Assembly: GCA_963813025.1 (NCBI GenBank) | Contig: CAWEXO010000011.1 | Location: forward strand, 448,001 to 512,000 | Direction: 5' to 3' | Source of the DNA: an uncultured Verrucomicrobiae bacterium | GTDB lineage: Bacteria; Verrucomicrobiota; Verrucomicrobiia; Chthoniobacterales; JAFAMB01 | DNA length: 64,000 bases | Shown here: positions 10,866-22,069 of the stretch, one piece after another | Numbering within the stretch: position 1 is the stretch's first letter | How the letters are laid out: each line of letters begins with the position of its first letter | Program-made: the position numbers and the translations under genes | The notes under the pieces: model-generated | Database searches by the model: none | The model's input: only the letters and a program-made list of their open reading frames with translations | What the model was told of the DNA's origin: nothing

Positions 10866-12380
10866 ATGCACGCTCCGAAATTGTTGTTGCTCACTGATGC
10901 TCTAACGGAGGCGGAGACTGTCGAGCTACCGCTCCTTGGATTGACCTGTTTGATTTATGGCCTTGCGCTATTGATCGGTCGATTCCTCAAACGGCGAGTT
11001 CGCGTCCAACTGGATTGGACCTACCAGATTTTTGCCTTGGCGCTAGCGGTTTATCTCGGCGCGCTCATTCTCGGAAAACAGGACCTTCCGGGCATAAAGG
11101 AAGCCGGATTCCTCGCTCTTTTTTTTGGAGCATTCCCCTTCAACGCTCTCCTGCACCGGTTTTTCTGGCCACTCTACGGCTACCCCGGACCAAAACCGCG
11201 AATCCCAACATTTTTGCCCCAGGTCGCTGCGCTGCTGGTCGTCATTGCCTTCTGGGTGATCGGTCTGGGAACCTTTTATCACATCACTGTCACCGGTCTC
11301 TTAGCCGGGTCGGGTGTTATCGCGATCATCATCGGTCTCGCTTTGCAAGAGACACTGGGCAATATCTTTGCCGGGTTCGGCCTACAAGCCGGCAAAACCT
11401 TCCGGGTCGGCGACTGGCTGATCGTCGATGGTCAACACGTGGAGGTGGTCGAGCTGAACTGGCGTTCGACGAGGTTCCGCAACAATGATGAAGCCAGCAT
11501 CAGCGTACCAAACAGCCAGCTGGCGAAAGCGAAGATCATCAATCTCTATTATCCAACGCCGGTGCACGCAATGCGGATAAAAGTCGGCGTCGAATACCGC
11601 ATCGCGCCCAACGAGGTGAAGGAAGCCCTGATCAAAGCGGCGCTTTCCGTCGATGGCGTCTTATCCGAGCCGGCTCCATACGCTTTCCTGACCGAGTTTG
11701 GCGATTCAGCGATCAACTACGAATTGAAGTTTTGGCTACGCGACGGGCGGCGCTATCCCCGAATCAGCGACGCAATTCGGACCAACTGCTGGTATGAGTT
11801 CTCTCGCCGCGGAATCCCGTTTGCTTTTCCTGTCCGCGTGTGGGAACGGGCGCGGACAGCGGCGCATCGGCCTGACCAAAAGATCGAGTGGTTGGAAAAA
11901 CAGCCGCTTTTTGCTTCGCTGGCGCGATCCCAGCTTGATCAACTCGGCCAGGCCACCCAACAGGTGCGTTTTGGCAAAGGAGAAACGATCATCCAAGAAG
12001 GGGAGCCCGGCGACTCGATGTTCATCCTTGTCTCCGGGAGGGCGGTAGTGTTTGTCCAAAAAGAAAGCCGGCTCCTGCGGGTGGGTACGCTCAAAGCAGG
12101 GGATTGTTTCGGTGAGGTTTCTCTTTTAACCGGCGAACCGAGAAGTGCTACGGTAGTGGCTGAGAGTGACTGCTCGGTGATCGAAGTGCCGAAAGCTCCG
12201 GTTAGCGTGTTGCTCCATCAAAATCCCGAGCTGGCTGAGCGACTCAGCGAAACTCTGGCGCAGCGCCGTTTGGCCACCCAGAATGAGCTGGAGCGTTTAG
12301 AACTGGAAGGTACCACAAATGTCGCGACGCAGACAAAAGAAAGTCTGCTGGCCCGGCTTCGCTTGTTCTTTGAGCTCTGA
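10866..12380 (+). CDS. MscS-family mechanosensitive channel with a C-terminal cyclic-nucleotide-binding domain
   Basis: IGLALQETLGNIFAG, FRVGDW, NWRST, VPNS; cNMP motifs GEPGDSMFIL and FGEVSLLTGEPRSATV. Confidence 0.92.
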   Translation: MHAPKLLLLTDALTEAETVELPLLGLTCLIYGLALLIGRFLKRRVRVQLDWTYQIFALALAVYLGALILGKQDLPGIKEAGFLALFFGAFPFNALLHRFFWPLYGYPGPKPRIPTFLPQVAALLVVIAFWVIGLGTFYHITVTGLLAGSGVIAIIIGLALQETLGNIFAGFGLQAGKTFRVGDWLIVDGQHVEVVELNWRSTRFRNNDEASISVPNSQLAKAKIINLYYPTPVHAMRIKVGVEYRIAPNEVKEALIKAALSVDGVLSEPAPYAFLTEFGDSAINYELKFWLRDGRRYPRISDAIRTNCWYEFSRRGIPFAFPVRVWERARTAAHRPDQKIEWLEKQPLFASLARSQLDQLGQATQQVRFGKGETIIQEGEPGDSMFILVSGRAVVFVQKESRLLRVGTLKAGDCFGEVSLLTGEPRSATVVAESDCSVIEVPKAPVSVLLHQNPELAERLSETLAQRRLATQNELERLELEGTTNVATQTKESLLARLRLFFEL

Positions 12381-12395
12381 AGGTAAAATAGCGTT

Positions 12396-13436
12396 ATGCC
12401 GAACCAGGGTGACAAAACAACTTGGGATCAACGCTTCATGCGACGGGCGCTCCACGAAGCAAAGAAAGGACTGGGCAGCGTCAGCCCCAATCCGGCGGTC
12501 GGGGCGGTTATTGTCCGCGAGAGAGAGATTCTGGCCATCGGTTTTCATCAGAGGGCGGGCCTTCCTCACGCCGAAGTAGAAGCAATCAACAAGGCAGGTG
12601 GTCCAATTGCATGTCGCGGCACGACTCTTTACGTCACCTTGGAACCTTGTTCCACCACCGGACGGACCCCGCCCTGTATCGAAGCAATCCTCGCCGCCGG
12701 GATCCGACGGACCGTCATCGGCGCCATCGATCCGAATCCAATTCACCGCGGTCGAGGCTTGGTGGAGCTGCGTAAGCACGGAGTCGAGGTCACCGAGGGC
12801 GTCCTCGCGGCCGAGTGCACGCACTTGAACGCTGGCTTTAATCGCTGGATCCAGACGGGAAGGCCATGGCTCATCGTTAAGGTAGCGCAGTCGCTCGATG
12901 GTTACTTGACGCGCCCTCCGACCGAGCCACGCTGGCTGACCAGCGAACGCTCCCGATCGCTTGTCCATCGTCTACGAGCCAGCGTCGATGCAGTTCTGGT
13001 TGGTGCGGCCACAATTCGATCGGATGACCCGCAGCTCACGGTGCGTCCCCAGCGGGGCAATCGCCAGCCATGGCGCGTGATTGTGACCCGATCGGGCAAC
13101 CTGCCCTATAACGCTCGCGTTTTCACCGACCCGTTCCGGGATCGCACTTTGGTTTTTCGCAATCAGGCGTGGGAGAGCGTCTTGCAGCAGCTCGGCCAAC
13201 GCGGCATCACGCGCCTGCTCGTGGAAGGCGGCGGCGAGATTACCGGCGAACTGCTCGACCGTGATCTGATTGACGAGATCTGGTGCTTCTACGCGCCTTT
13301 CTTGACCGGAGGAAACATTCCCGCCTTTCGTGGGATTGGCGCCGCGGACAATGAACAAGCCAAGACGCTCCGCGAGCCTCGGTTTCGCCGGTTGGGAAAC
13401 GATCTGCTGCTCACCGGCTTCCTGCACGAAGCGTAG
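12396..13436 (+). CDS. ribD: Riboflavin biosynthesis deaminase/reductase
   Basis: SPNPAVGAV, HAEVEA, YVTLEPC...PPC, AQSLDG, LLVEGGG. Confidence 0.96.
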   Translation: MPNQGDKTTWDQRFMRRALHEAKKGLGSVSPNPAVGAVIVREREILAIGFHQRAGLPHAEVEAINKAGGPIACRGTTLYVTLEPCSTTGRTPPCIEAILAAGIRRTVIGAIDPNPIHRGRGLVELRKHGVEVTEGVLAAECTHLNAGFNRWIQTGRPWLIVKVAQSLDGYLTRPPTEPRWLTSERSRSLVHRLRASVDAVLVGAATIRSDDPQLTVRPQRGNRQPWRVIVTRSGNLPYNARVFTDPFRDRTLVFRNQAWESVLQQLGQRGITRLLVEGGGEITGELLDRDLIDEIWCFYAPFLTGGNIPAFRGIGAADNEQAKTLREPRFRRLGNDLLLTGFLHEA

Positions 13437-13856
13437 AAGCGGGCGCCAAGAGCGAAAATTTGCAGTGGAAGTCCGCAGCCGCGATTCGAAAGCCAGGCGC
13501 GATACAAAACAAAGACCTGCCGGCGTCGGCAGGTCTTCCGGATTAACTCCCAGGAATGTTGTCGATCTCCACGAGCACCCCACTTCCTAGGAAATCATCG
13601 TTAAGTATGAGCGGGACGGCGAAGTGACGGAGCTCGGCGCGAATTCGTTCATAGATTTCTGGAGGCAAATCTCCGAGTCGGATAGGGAACAGTATCAGAA
13701 TGGTTTTTCATGAATCCAAAAATGCCGCCGCAAGCTGAGGTCCTGCTGTATCTTGTTTAAAGAAATTAGCGCTAGGAGACCGATCAGCCCGGATGCTCCT
13801 GCGACCGCACTGACGATGGCTGGCGTCATCGACTTATTACATTTCTTCGCAGTATG

Positions 13857-14110
13857 TCAGTAACGAATCCGTTCCATGTCCTCGATGAGCACTTTCTGGC
13901 CGGGGCGGTCGTAGAGTTTGGTGGTCCGGCTGTCGGCATGGCCAGCAATCCGCTGCGCGGCTTCAAGAGTGCCGTCATTTTCCAGAAAATTCGTGATACC
14001 GGTGGCCCGAAACGAGTGAGGCGAATAGTGCGCCGGCAATCCAGCCTGTTTCAGCCGGCGCTTGAGCATCTCCCAGGCGTGTTTCCGCGTTAGTGGATGG
14101 CTCGATAGTT
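13857..14110 (-). pseudogene. Tyrosine recombinase/integrase C-terminal fragment
   Basis: YSPHSFRATGIT...AQRIAGHADSRTTKLYDR catalytic motifs; N-terminus absent. Confidence 0.85.
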
Positions 14111-14199
14111 TGCCTGTTTGTCGCGCGGCGGCCGGAAAAAGAGGGTGCGCGGACCCCAATAATGACCGGGTCAGTTCCAACGGGCAGGAGCACCCTGCT

Positions 14200-14345
14200 C
14201 AGGCCGTCGAATGCCTTCTTGAGCTTCGCGATGTTGAACTTCACCTGTGTTAGCATCTCGGCGGCTGCGCGACCCGCCTTCGCCTTGTCTGGATCGCTCA
14301 TCATATCGACGAGCATCGTGGGCACGATCTGCCACCACACCGGTT
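14200..14345 (-). pseudogene. VOC/PhnB-like protein C-terminal fragment
   Basis: WWQIVPTMLVDMMSDPDKAKAGRAAAEMLTQVKFNIAKLKKAFDG. Confidence 0.7.
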
Positions 14346-14421
14346 GCGTCACCGATTCTATAGGCGAAGTTGTCTTAGATTTTGGCTACTGATTTCAAAT
14401 GCGATATCACGCGCAGCCTTC

Positions 14422-14669
14422 TCGGAGCCGAGATCCAGTACGGTTTCGCCTTCATGGAGTTGCGCCAATGCCGTAGGATTGCCGCAACCGAGCGAATCCA
14501 GCACCGCTTCCTTTGGCAGAGTGTCGGTTTGCAGGGCGTTATAAAGGTTCGAGGTTATCGGGTCGCAGCAATCAAGTCCGGACCGGGGACCGCAGCAGGA
14601 GCTTTCTCCCGATTGCACGCGTAGTACAGCCTGCCCGTATTTCTCTTTTACTATCTCTTTGATTTCCAT
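14422..14669 (-). pseudogene. arsM: Arsenite methyltransferase N-terminal fragment
   Basis: VKEKYGQA...SCCG...DPITSNLY...SLGCGNPTALAQLHEGETVLDLGS then breaks off; downstream of arsR. Confidence 0.85.
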
Positions 14670-14695
14670 TCCTTGGCCTTTCTTTTTAAAAACCG

Positions 14696-15049
14696 TCACC
14701 GGCACAAGCTCACAATCGCCTGTGGTTCAACCGCCTTGTTGCGGGTACAGCATTCGGCATAGAGAAATCCTAAAAGCTCTCGCAGCGCATCCGCGTTCGC
14801 TGAATACCGGAGGAAGGTGCTTTCGCGCTGAACTTTCACCAAACCTTCGTTCTTCAGCTTTTCCGGATGATGCGAGAGCGTGGAAGCGGTGACGCCAAGC
14901 TCAGTCATGATGTCGCCTACCACCATACCGTCAGAATGCGCCGAGAGCAGCAGCCGCATAATACGCAGACGCGGTTCTGTGCCGAGCGCCGAGAACATAT
15001 CCGCGAACCGCGCGACCTGTTCTTCTGCCGCTTTTTTACTCGTTGCCAT
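14696..15049 (-). CDS. arsR: ArsR/SmtB-family regulator
   Basis: FSALGTEPRLRIMRLL...STLSHH...FLYAECC; adjacent to the arsM fragment. Confidence 0.85.
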   Translation of the reverse strand: MATSKKAAEEQVARFADMFSALGTEPRLRIMRLLLSAHSDGMVVGDIMTELGVTASTLSHHPEKLKNEGLVKVQRESTFLRYSANADALRELLGFLYAECCTRNKAVEPQAIVSLCR

Positions 15050-15197
15050 AAGTTTTAATGATTTGATGCTTCTGTAAGAACAGCATTATCCAATTAAGCA
15101 ACGGAATTCCATTCATTGCATCGAAGGCGATTGGAGCGCGGAGCGGGCTTACCTATGACGCGCTCAACCGGCGAAAGAGCAATTCAAGCGTTCTTAA

Positions 15198-16356
15198 CTA
15201 TTCTGAGCGCAGAGGTCTGAATAACTCACGGATCTCCTGGGCCAATGCCTCCGGCTGCTCCATCGCAGCGAAGTGTCCCCCCGTGGCATCACACTCCAGC
15301 GACGGATATCCCTGAAGACTCGTTCTGCTAAAGAACGGGCGGCCGTACTATCTCATGAGGGAACTCACAATAGCCGGCGGGAACAGTGACGATGTTGGTC
15401 TCCTCGGTCTGCCATGAGCTATGCCTACGCGAATAATAGGGCCAGAAGGACGAACCGATCGCGCCCGTGAACCAATACAACCCAATATTCGCGAGAAGCC
15501 GGTCCCGCGTGAAAACAGTTTCGATGTCTCCTGCGCAGTCAGACCGCGCACGAAATTTCTCTACGATCCAGGCAGCAAGACCCGCCGGGGAGTCCGTCAG
15601 AGCAAAGGCGAGCGTCTGGGGCCGAGTACCTTGAATCCAGCCATAACCGGATTCCTCCTTCATCCAGGCCCGGAGCTCCTCAAGGTAGCGGCTCTCCTCC
15701 GGCGTGCGAGCGGATAACCCCTCCGCGTTATGGCCCACCGGCATCATGTTAAGGTGCAATCCCGACATACGCTCCGGGTAAGCGAGACCAAGGCGCGCCG
15801 TGATCCTCGAGCCCCAATCTCCGCCCTGCGCACCAAAACGCCTGTAGCCCAGAACGTCTGTCATCAACTCGGCGAAACAGTCGGCAATTGCTTCGATCCC
15901 AAAGCGCGCCTGACCTGAAGTGAAGGAAAGACCATAGCCTGGAAGCGATGGCACGACGACCGTGAACGCATCAGCAGGATCTGCTCCGAACCGACCTGGA
16001 TCAGTCAGCCTTATCAGCTCAAGGAACTCGAAGACCGAACCGGGCCAGCCGTGGGAGAGAAGCAGCGGGTGAGGATCAGGACCATTCCCAAGGACGTGCA
16101 TAAAATGCAGGTCGATGCCTTGCAAGCTAACCTTGTATTGAGGAAAGGAATTCAGCCTCGCCTCTTGAGCACGCCGGTCGAAGCCATCTCGCCAATAGTC
16201 GACAAATCCTGCCATCCAATTGAGATCCGTGCCATAAGCCCATGGCTCACCGGGCGCTTGATCAGGGAATCGCGTCCGTGACAGGCGCTCTCGCAAGTCG
16301 GCAAGAGCCGCATCTGGAACGTGTAGGTTGAAAGTTTCGGGTTGTTTGCTTGTCAT
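15198..16356 (-). pseudogene. Microsomal-type epoxide hydrolase with a frameshifted C-terminus
   Basis: LSHGWPGSVFEF, QGGDWGS, LTDSPAGLAAWIVEKF; the catalytic GGHFAAMEQP lies beyond the ORF stop. Confidence 0.8.
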
Positions 16357-17522
16357 TGTGTTTCTCCAGAGAGTTGTGGAAGCCGGTGCGGAGCGGTGAC
16401 CAGGGAAAGGGTAGCGGCCATCGCCGCGACGATGATCACCGCGCCGGCCAGACCAACACTCGCTAATCCGAAAAGATCAATCACCCGGCTCCCGATGAAA
16501 GCACCGAGGGCAATCCCGATGTTGCCGCCGGAGATATTAAAAGAAGCGCCCAAGGCGGGCCGGCCTTCCCCCGCTTTCATGACCCGAGTGTGTGAGACGG
16601 TAAAGAAGGCGGCCTGGCAGAACCCAGGACGGCCAGGACCAGAGCAAGCACGAAGCTCTCTTTGATGAAAGGTACCAAGGCGATCAGACCAATGGCCAAG
16701 GGAAGACAAAAGAGGACCGAAGCGCCCAGTGGGATGACGATCGACCAGACGTCCTCCTGCCCAATTCCCAAATAAACCGATGCCGCCGAAGCCCATCAGA
16801 ATCCAGCCAACCGTAGCACCGTTGAAGCCAGCCAATTTTTCCAGGATATCAGCCAGGTAGGTGTAGGAGGTAAACATTCCGGCAAAAACCAGGAGAGAAA
16901 GAAAGGTGTGCCCAAGGATCTTTGGCTGACGCAAAATGGCCAGCTGTTGCAGAATCGGGATTCGTTCCTGTTTACTCGGGATGCGCGGCAGAAAGATGCA
17001 AAGGAAAACCGCCTTGGCTAGCTAAGCTAGCACCGCTAGAACGGCAAAGGCACTTCGCCAGCCGAATCGGTCTGAGATCAAGGTACCGATTGGAATACCA
17101 AAGATGGTGGCGGCGACAACTCCGAAGGAGACTATGGAAATAGCTTTCCCGGCATTTTCCGGACCCGTGATTTGCACCGCTGTGTCACTCGCCAGCGACC
17201 AGAAAACGGGCAGCATCAGCGCCGGAATGAAACGCGCTAAAGCCATCACTCAGATATTAGAAGCTCCTGCTGCGACCAGATTGCAGAGAGCAAAAAGCAA
17301 GAGGGTAAAGATAAAAAGTTTTTTGCCTTCGTAACCAACCAGACGAGCAGTCAGGAAAGGTCCTGCAGCCGCCACGGTCAGAGCAAAGAGGGTGACTAAA
17401 AGGCCGGCCTGGGAGACGCTGACTCCGAGATCTGCGGCCATCGATGGTAACAAACCGACGATAATGAATTCGGTCGTCATCACCGTAAAGCCCGCGGCCG
17501 ACAAGAGGACAATCGGCAACAA
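16353..17522 (-). pseudogene. MFS transporter (DHA1/NepI-like), broken into at least 3 pieces
   Basis: TTEFIIVGLLP...in-frame TGA at 17250-17252...GIPIGTLISDRFGWR...FTSYTYLADIL. Confidence 0.85.
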
Positions 17523-17695
17523 CGAAGCCCGATGAACTGGTGCCGGTCTTTTGCAATGATCACGTTTTCGAAATCAGGTGAGTTGGACATCTGCTTCATT
17601 TGGGTCAGCGTTTTGGCTGTTGCTGGTTCGAGACCGCCCCATCGCCGTGAGGAGGACTACTTTTCCGACGAAAGGACAATTCATCATTCAATGTA

Positions 17696-17759
17696 TACCG
17701 ATAGGTACGAATGTTAGCTCTGGACATCCTGTCGTCAATGATTTATTTACCGATTAGTA
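17696..17759. promoter_or_regulatory. Two TACCGATNNGTA imperfect palindromes, probable TetR operators
   Basis: TACCGATAGGTA (17696-17707) and TACCGATTAGTA (17748-17759) between the divergent MFS and tetR genes. Confidence 0.6.
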
Positions 17760-18424
17760 TGAAAGTCGGTAATCCTGCCCCGCAGATCGGCCGTCCTCGC
17801 GCCTTTAATCCGGAGGTAGCTCTGGAAAAAGCCCTGCAAGTATTTTGGCGCCGAGGGTATGCCGGCGCTTCTCTCTCCGAATTGACCGCAGCCATGGGCA
17901 TTACCCGGCCTAGCCTTTACGCTGCTTTTGGAAACAAGGAAGAGCTCTTTCACAAGGCGTTGGACCTCTACATGGGAGGCCCGGCCAACGGTTCCAGTGA
18001 AGCATTGCAGGAAACAACCGCGCGCGCCGTGGTAGAACATTTACTTAATCGCTTGGTCGCTCTTTTGTCTGATCCTCATCACCCCGCCGGTTGCCTCCTG
18101 GTTAAAGGAGGCCTCTCCTCTGCCAAGGCTGATGATTCGATTCGCAATGAAATGATCAAACGCCGGTTAGCTGGAGAGAATGCTCTTCGAGAACGCTTTG
18201 AACGGGCAAAGGCGGAACGAGACCTGCCCGCAAACAGTGATCCGGCTGGGTTAGCCTTCTACGTAACCACCATAACTCAAGGAATGACGGTCCAAGCCGT
18301 GAACGGGACAGACGAAAACGAGCTGCGCCGTTTAATCGAGATGGTGCTGCAAACCTGGCCCAGCCTCGTCGAGAGTTCCGGGCTGCGCGCGTTCGACTCC
18401 ACCGTAGGGGGAGAGCAGCACTGA
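17759..18424 (+). CDS. TetR/AcrR-family regulator
   Basis: GRPRAF...FWRRGYAGASLSELTAAMGITRPSLYAAFGNKEELF. Confidence 0.92.
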   Translation: MKVGNPAPQIGRPRAFNPEVALEKALQVFWRRGYAGASLSELTAAMGITRPSLYAAFGNKEELFHKALDLYMGGPANGSSEALQETTARAVVEHLLNRLVALLSDPHHPAGCLLVKGGLSSAKADDSIRNEMIKRRLAGENALRERFERAKAERDLPANSDPAGLAFYVTTITQGMTVQAVNGTDENELRRLIEMVLQTWPSLVESSGLRAFDSTVGGEQH

Positions 18425-19666
18425 AGGCGGAACTCTCCGCTTCTGAAGCTCGTCGCGCCGCGCTTACGGCGCAGGGTTTCAACGCGATGCGTCGCCACGA
18501 GGCTGTCGGCACGGCGCAGCTGTGCAAGGGCGTAGATCGGCTCGCCTTCTTCAGATCGACAGCGTGAACATTCTCGTGCGCGCTCAGTATCTGCACTCTT
18601 CTCACGCCTGGGTTCATACGAACTCGCCCTCCTCGACGCGATGATGGCAGCCAAACCCAAGCGCTTCTTCGAATATTGGGGGCACGAGGCGTCGCTGCTG
18701 CCTATCGACTGCCAACCCCTGCTGCGCTGGCGTATGGCCCGCGCACTTCGCGGCCGGGGTGTGTAGCGGCAACTCGAACCCTTTGCGGGGGAGAAGCGGG
18801 GCGAGGCCGATGCCCTGCTCGCCCGCATCGAGAAGGAGGGGCCGCTGGCCGCTTCCGATGTGGCGGATACCAGAGCCTCGAAGGGCATGTGGGTGTGGAG
18901 CGCCGCCAAGCATGCGCTGGAATGGCTGTTCTGGGCGGGGCTGGTCGCCGCAACACACCGCCGAGGCAGCTTCGAGCGCGTATACGACCTACCCGAGCGG
19001 GTGTTGCCCCGCGCTACCATCCAACTCCCCACACCAAGCGGCGTTGACGCCCGGCGGGCGCTCCTTCGCGCGCTCGGTGTCGCGACGGCGGACGACCTGC
19101 GCGATTACTATCGCATCCCCGCCGCAGACGCGCGGCTGCCGATCGAACAGTTGGTCGAAGAGGGAACCATTATCCCCGTGCGCGTGCGCGGTTGGCAGCA
19201 ACAAGCCTATTTGCACAAAGATGCGCGCGCCGGCCGCAAGCTCGAAGGCTCGGCGCTGCTGTCGCCCTTCGACCCGCTCATTTGGCACCGTCCGCGAACC
19301 GAGAGATTATTCGGATTCCGTTATCGTCTCGAAATCTACACGCCCGCCCACAAGCGCGAGCACGGTTACTACGTGCTGCCCTTCCTGCTGGATGGCGTGC
19401 TCGTCGCCCGCGTGGACCTGAAGGCGGATCGCAAAGCCGGCACGCTGATCGTCCAGCGAGCGCACGTCGAGCCAGGTGCGCCGCAATGCACGGTGGAACG
19501 GCTGATCGAGGAGCTTCGCCTGATGGCGTCATGGCTTGGACTGGCGGGCCTCGCCATTGCGCCGGTTGCTGGCATCGACCGTCTCTTCGCGACCCTCCAC
19601 GTCGGGGCACACCCGGCATTTGCCGAGCTGGCACCCGCGCAATCCGAGATGGCCTGTTATGGATGA
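18421..19666 (+). pseudogene. YcaQ/AlkZ-like winged-helix DNA glycosylase with a disrupted 5' part
   Basis: LSASEARRAALTAQGF...FEYWGHEASLLP...stop...LLSPFDPLIW, YRLEIYTP..KR.HGYYVLPFL. Confidence 0.8.
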
Positions 19667-20430
19667 GCAGCCGGTGAGAAGCGTCGAGACCGCCGCCCTG
19701 TGGATCGCCTACGTCGAACACGGTCCAACCAATGGTTGGCCGGTAATCCTGTCGCACGGCTTCCCCTACGACGTGCATGCTTTCGATGAAGTGGCTTCGA
19801 TCCTCGCGCGAGCAGGAGCGAGGGTCATCGCCCGTATGCTGCGGGCGGCCACGCCCCGCGCTATCCAGCTTGCCGACGCTCTAGGTCTGGAACGCCCGAT
19901 CCTCGGTGGTTTCGATTGGGGAGGCAACGCGTCCTGCGTGGCGGCAGCGCTGTGGCCAGAACGAATTGGCGGCCTTGTATCATACGCGGGCTACGACGTG
20001 ATCGATGTGGGTCGACAACGGCATCCCGTCGCACCATCGCTTGAGCGCGTCTTCCGGTATCAGCATCTCTTCCAGACCGAACGCGGACGCGAATGCCTGA
20101 CTGAACACCGCCGCGAACTGTGCCGGATGCTGTGGAGCGAGTGGTCGCCCGGCTGGCAATTCGATGAAGCGACGTTCGCTCGGTCCGCGGTCGCTTTCGA
20201 AAATCCCGACTTCGTGGATGTCGTGACCATTGTTACCGCTGCGCCTTGGGCCTTGAGGCGGGCGACCCTGCGTTGCAACCGCTTGAAGACCTTCTGGCGC
20301 AGAAGCCCACGGTGAAGGTTCCGACGGTGACGATCGACGGCGCGACCGACCCGCTCAAGCCTGGTGGGACCGCAGAGCACGCCCGCATGTTTGTCGGGCT
20401 GCATGAACACCGCGTCGTCGAGGCGGGACA
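19659..20430 (+). pseudogene. Alpha/beta hydrolase with deletion and frameshift
   Basis: LSHGFPYD, GGFDWGG nucleophile motif; C-terminus VPTVTIDGATD lies in another frame. Confidence 0.75.
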
Positions 20431-20488
20431 ACGCCGCCGGAACGGAAAACAGCTCCTCGGAACAGCCCAGATGCGGGACCAATGGAGC

Positions 20489-20660
20489 ATGTCGCACTCC
20501 CTAAAAGTGAGCGACTCGACTGAGCTCGTCGTAGTCCTGCAAACAACGATTTACAGTTTAAGCGACCGAGGCTGGTCCCGACGACAGATCGCACGCGAGC
20601 TTGGGATCGATCGAGAGACCGGCGGTCCGGTATTTGCGGTTAGCAAAACCAGCCCATTCC
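20489..20660 (+). pseudogene. IS21-family transposase (IstA) N-terminal HTH fragment
   Basis: LQTTIYSLSDRGWSRRQIARELGIDRET then shifted VRYLRLAKPA. Confidence 0.65.
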
Positions 20661-20804
20661 GACCGACGGCAATGGCAAGCGGAGCGAATCCTCGAGATCA
20701 ACGGTCTAACTCAGGTGAACACGACGGTGATAGACGCTAAGGGAAAGCCTAGTGATCGGCCAACTGTAATCCTCCAATTCTGGCTCCTTCCTCAAGATAA
20801 CGTC

Positions 20805-20922
20805 GTGTCGCAAAAGTTCTAAGTTTTGCGAAACGCTTTTCCCGCTCGTGCTTACCTCGATGACGCATTTGCAAAAGTTTGTTGCAAAAATATGTCGTTT
20901 TGCGAGGATTTTTGCAAACGCT
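20805..20922. promoter_or_regulatory. Probable res site with repeated inverted TTTTGC(A/G)A half-sites
   Basis: tcgcaaaagttctaagttttgcga and tttgcaaaagtttgttgcaaaaatatgtcgttttgcgaggatttttgcaaa just upstream of the resolvase. Confidence 0.6.
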
Positions 20923-20938
20923 CGCAACTAGCTCGAAG

Positions 20939-21499
20939 ATGAAGATCGGCTATGCGCGCGTTTCTACTCTTGAGCAAAACCTGGACCTTCAACTGCAGGC
21001 TCTGAAAAAGGCAGGATGTAGAAGAATATTCCAGGAGAAGATTTCCGCCGGCACCCGCAATCGTCCAGAGTTCCAACGGATGCTCGATCAGATTCGCGCT
21101 GGTGACACGATCGTTGTCTGGAAACTTGATCGCTTGGCGCGCTTCACCCGCGACCTCCTTGAGACGATGGAAATGATTCAACAAGCTGGTGGGAAGTCGT
21201 TATCGGAGCCATGGGCTGATACGACCACGCACGCCGGAAGAATGATCATGACCATTTTTTCCGGAATCGCGGAGTTTGAACGCGGACTGATCCGGGAGCG
21301 GACCAGTGCCGGACGAGAAGCAGCGAGAAAAAGAGGAGTCCGTTTTGGCCGACCACGAAAGCTCACACCTGAGCAAGAAAACTTGGCGCGGCGTCTTGTG
21401 TCAGAGGGAAAGGCCGTCCGAGAGATCGCCGTAGCTTTCAAAGTCCATGCGGCGACGATTTATCGACTGGCCTATTCAGCGACTGGAATGGCTAACTGA
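20939..21499 (+). CDS. Serine recombinase (resolvase/invertase) with C-terminal HTH
   Basis: MKIGYARVSTLEQNLDLQ, VWKLDRLAR, AEFER.LIRERT, FGRPRKL. Confidence 0.92.
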   Translation: MKIGYARVSTLEQNLDLQLQALKKAGCRRIFQEKISAGTRNRPEFQRMLDQIRAGDTIVVWKLDRLARFTRDLLETMEMIQQAGGKSLSEPWADTTTHAGRMIMTIFSGIAEFERGLIRERTSAGREAARKRGVRFGRPRKLTPEQENLARRLVSEGKAVREIAVAFKVHAATIYRLAYSATGMAN

Positions 21500-21553
21500 A
21501 AAGAACGCGGGGAAGCCCCGAGGTTTTAATTTGTCACCGGGCGGATCAGGACG

Positions 21554-22069
21554 CTATTGGTTGCTAGGGCTCGCCGTAGGAGACGATGTCGCGGCCGGTG
21601 GTGGGGTTACGTTGAAGGTCAGCATCCGAATCTTCCAGGTATCGCCCTCACGAACATTAATCGCTCCCCAATAGCCTTTGAGTTGTATAGGACCGCCGCT
21701 CTTGCCTTGAAGAGTAAAACTCCATTCCCCGGTCCTCCAGACCTCATTGCCAGCCGTTCCTATCATGTGAGGGGAACCCTGATCGTCCTTGTTGAGATGG
21801 TTGCTGAAATGCCCTTGCTGGAACATCCCCGTGAAAAGCTTCTCGATGGCCTCCCGACCGAAAACAGGTCCTTGCGGAGTCACCTGAACCGCGTCCTCCG
21901 TGTACAGCGCGGCCATGGCAGCGGCATCGCCGTTATTGAATGCCTCGTCAAACTTCTTAACGATCTGCTCGTCTATCTGTGAAGCAGCCGTGTCTTTTTG
22001 TTGGGCGAACGCTGGCACAGCAAAGCTTATCGCCAGCCATACTAGGGCAACTACTAAGCGCATTTTCAT
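21554..22069 (-). CDS. Secreted SnoaL/NTF2-like (DUF4440) protein
   Basis: Signal peptide MKMRLVVALVWLAISFAVPAFA; FDEAFNNGDAAAMAALYTEDA...REGDTWKI. Confidence 0.88.
   Translation of the reverse strand: MKMRLVVALVWLAISFAVPAFAQQKDTAASQIDEQIVKKFDEAFNNGDAAAMAALYTEDAVQVTPQGPVFGREAIEKLFTGMFQQGHFSNHLNKDDQGSPHMIGTAGNEVWRTGEWSFTLQGKSGGPIQLKGYWGAINVREGDTWKIRMLTFNVTPPPAATSSPTASPSNQ

Noticed and set aside
12380..12396. FMN riboswitch before ribD
   Set aside because: Only 15 bp separate mscS and ribD
13590..13715. SMI1/KNR4-like C-terminal fragment (IVKYERDGEVTELGANSFIDF)
   Set aside because: Too short to assign by eye
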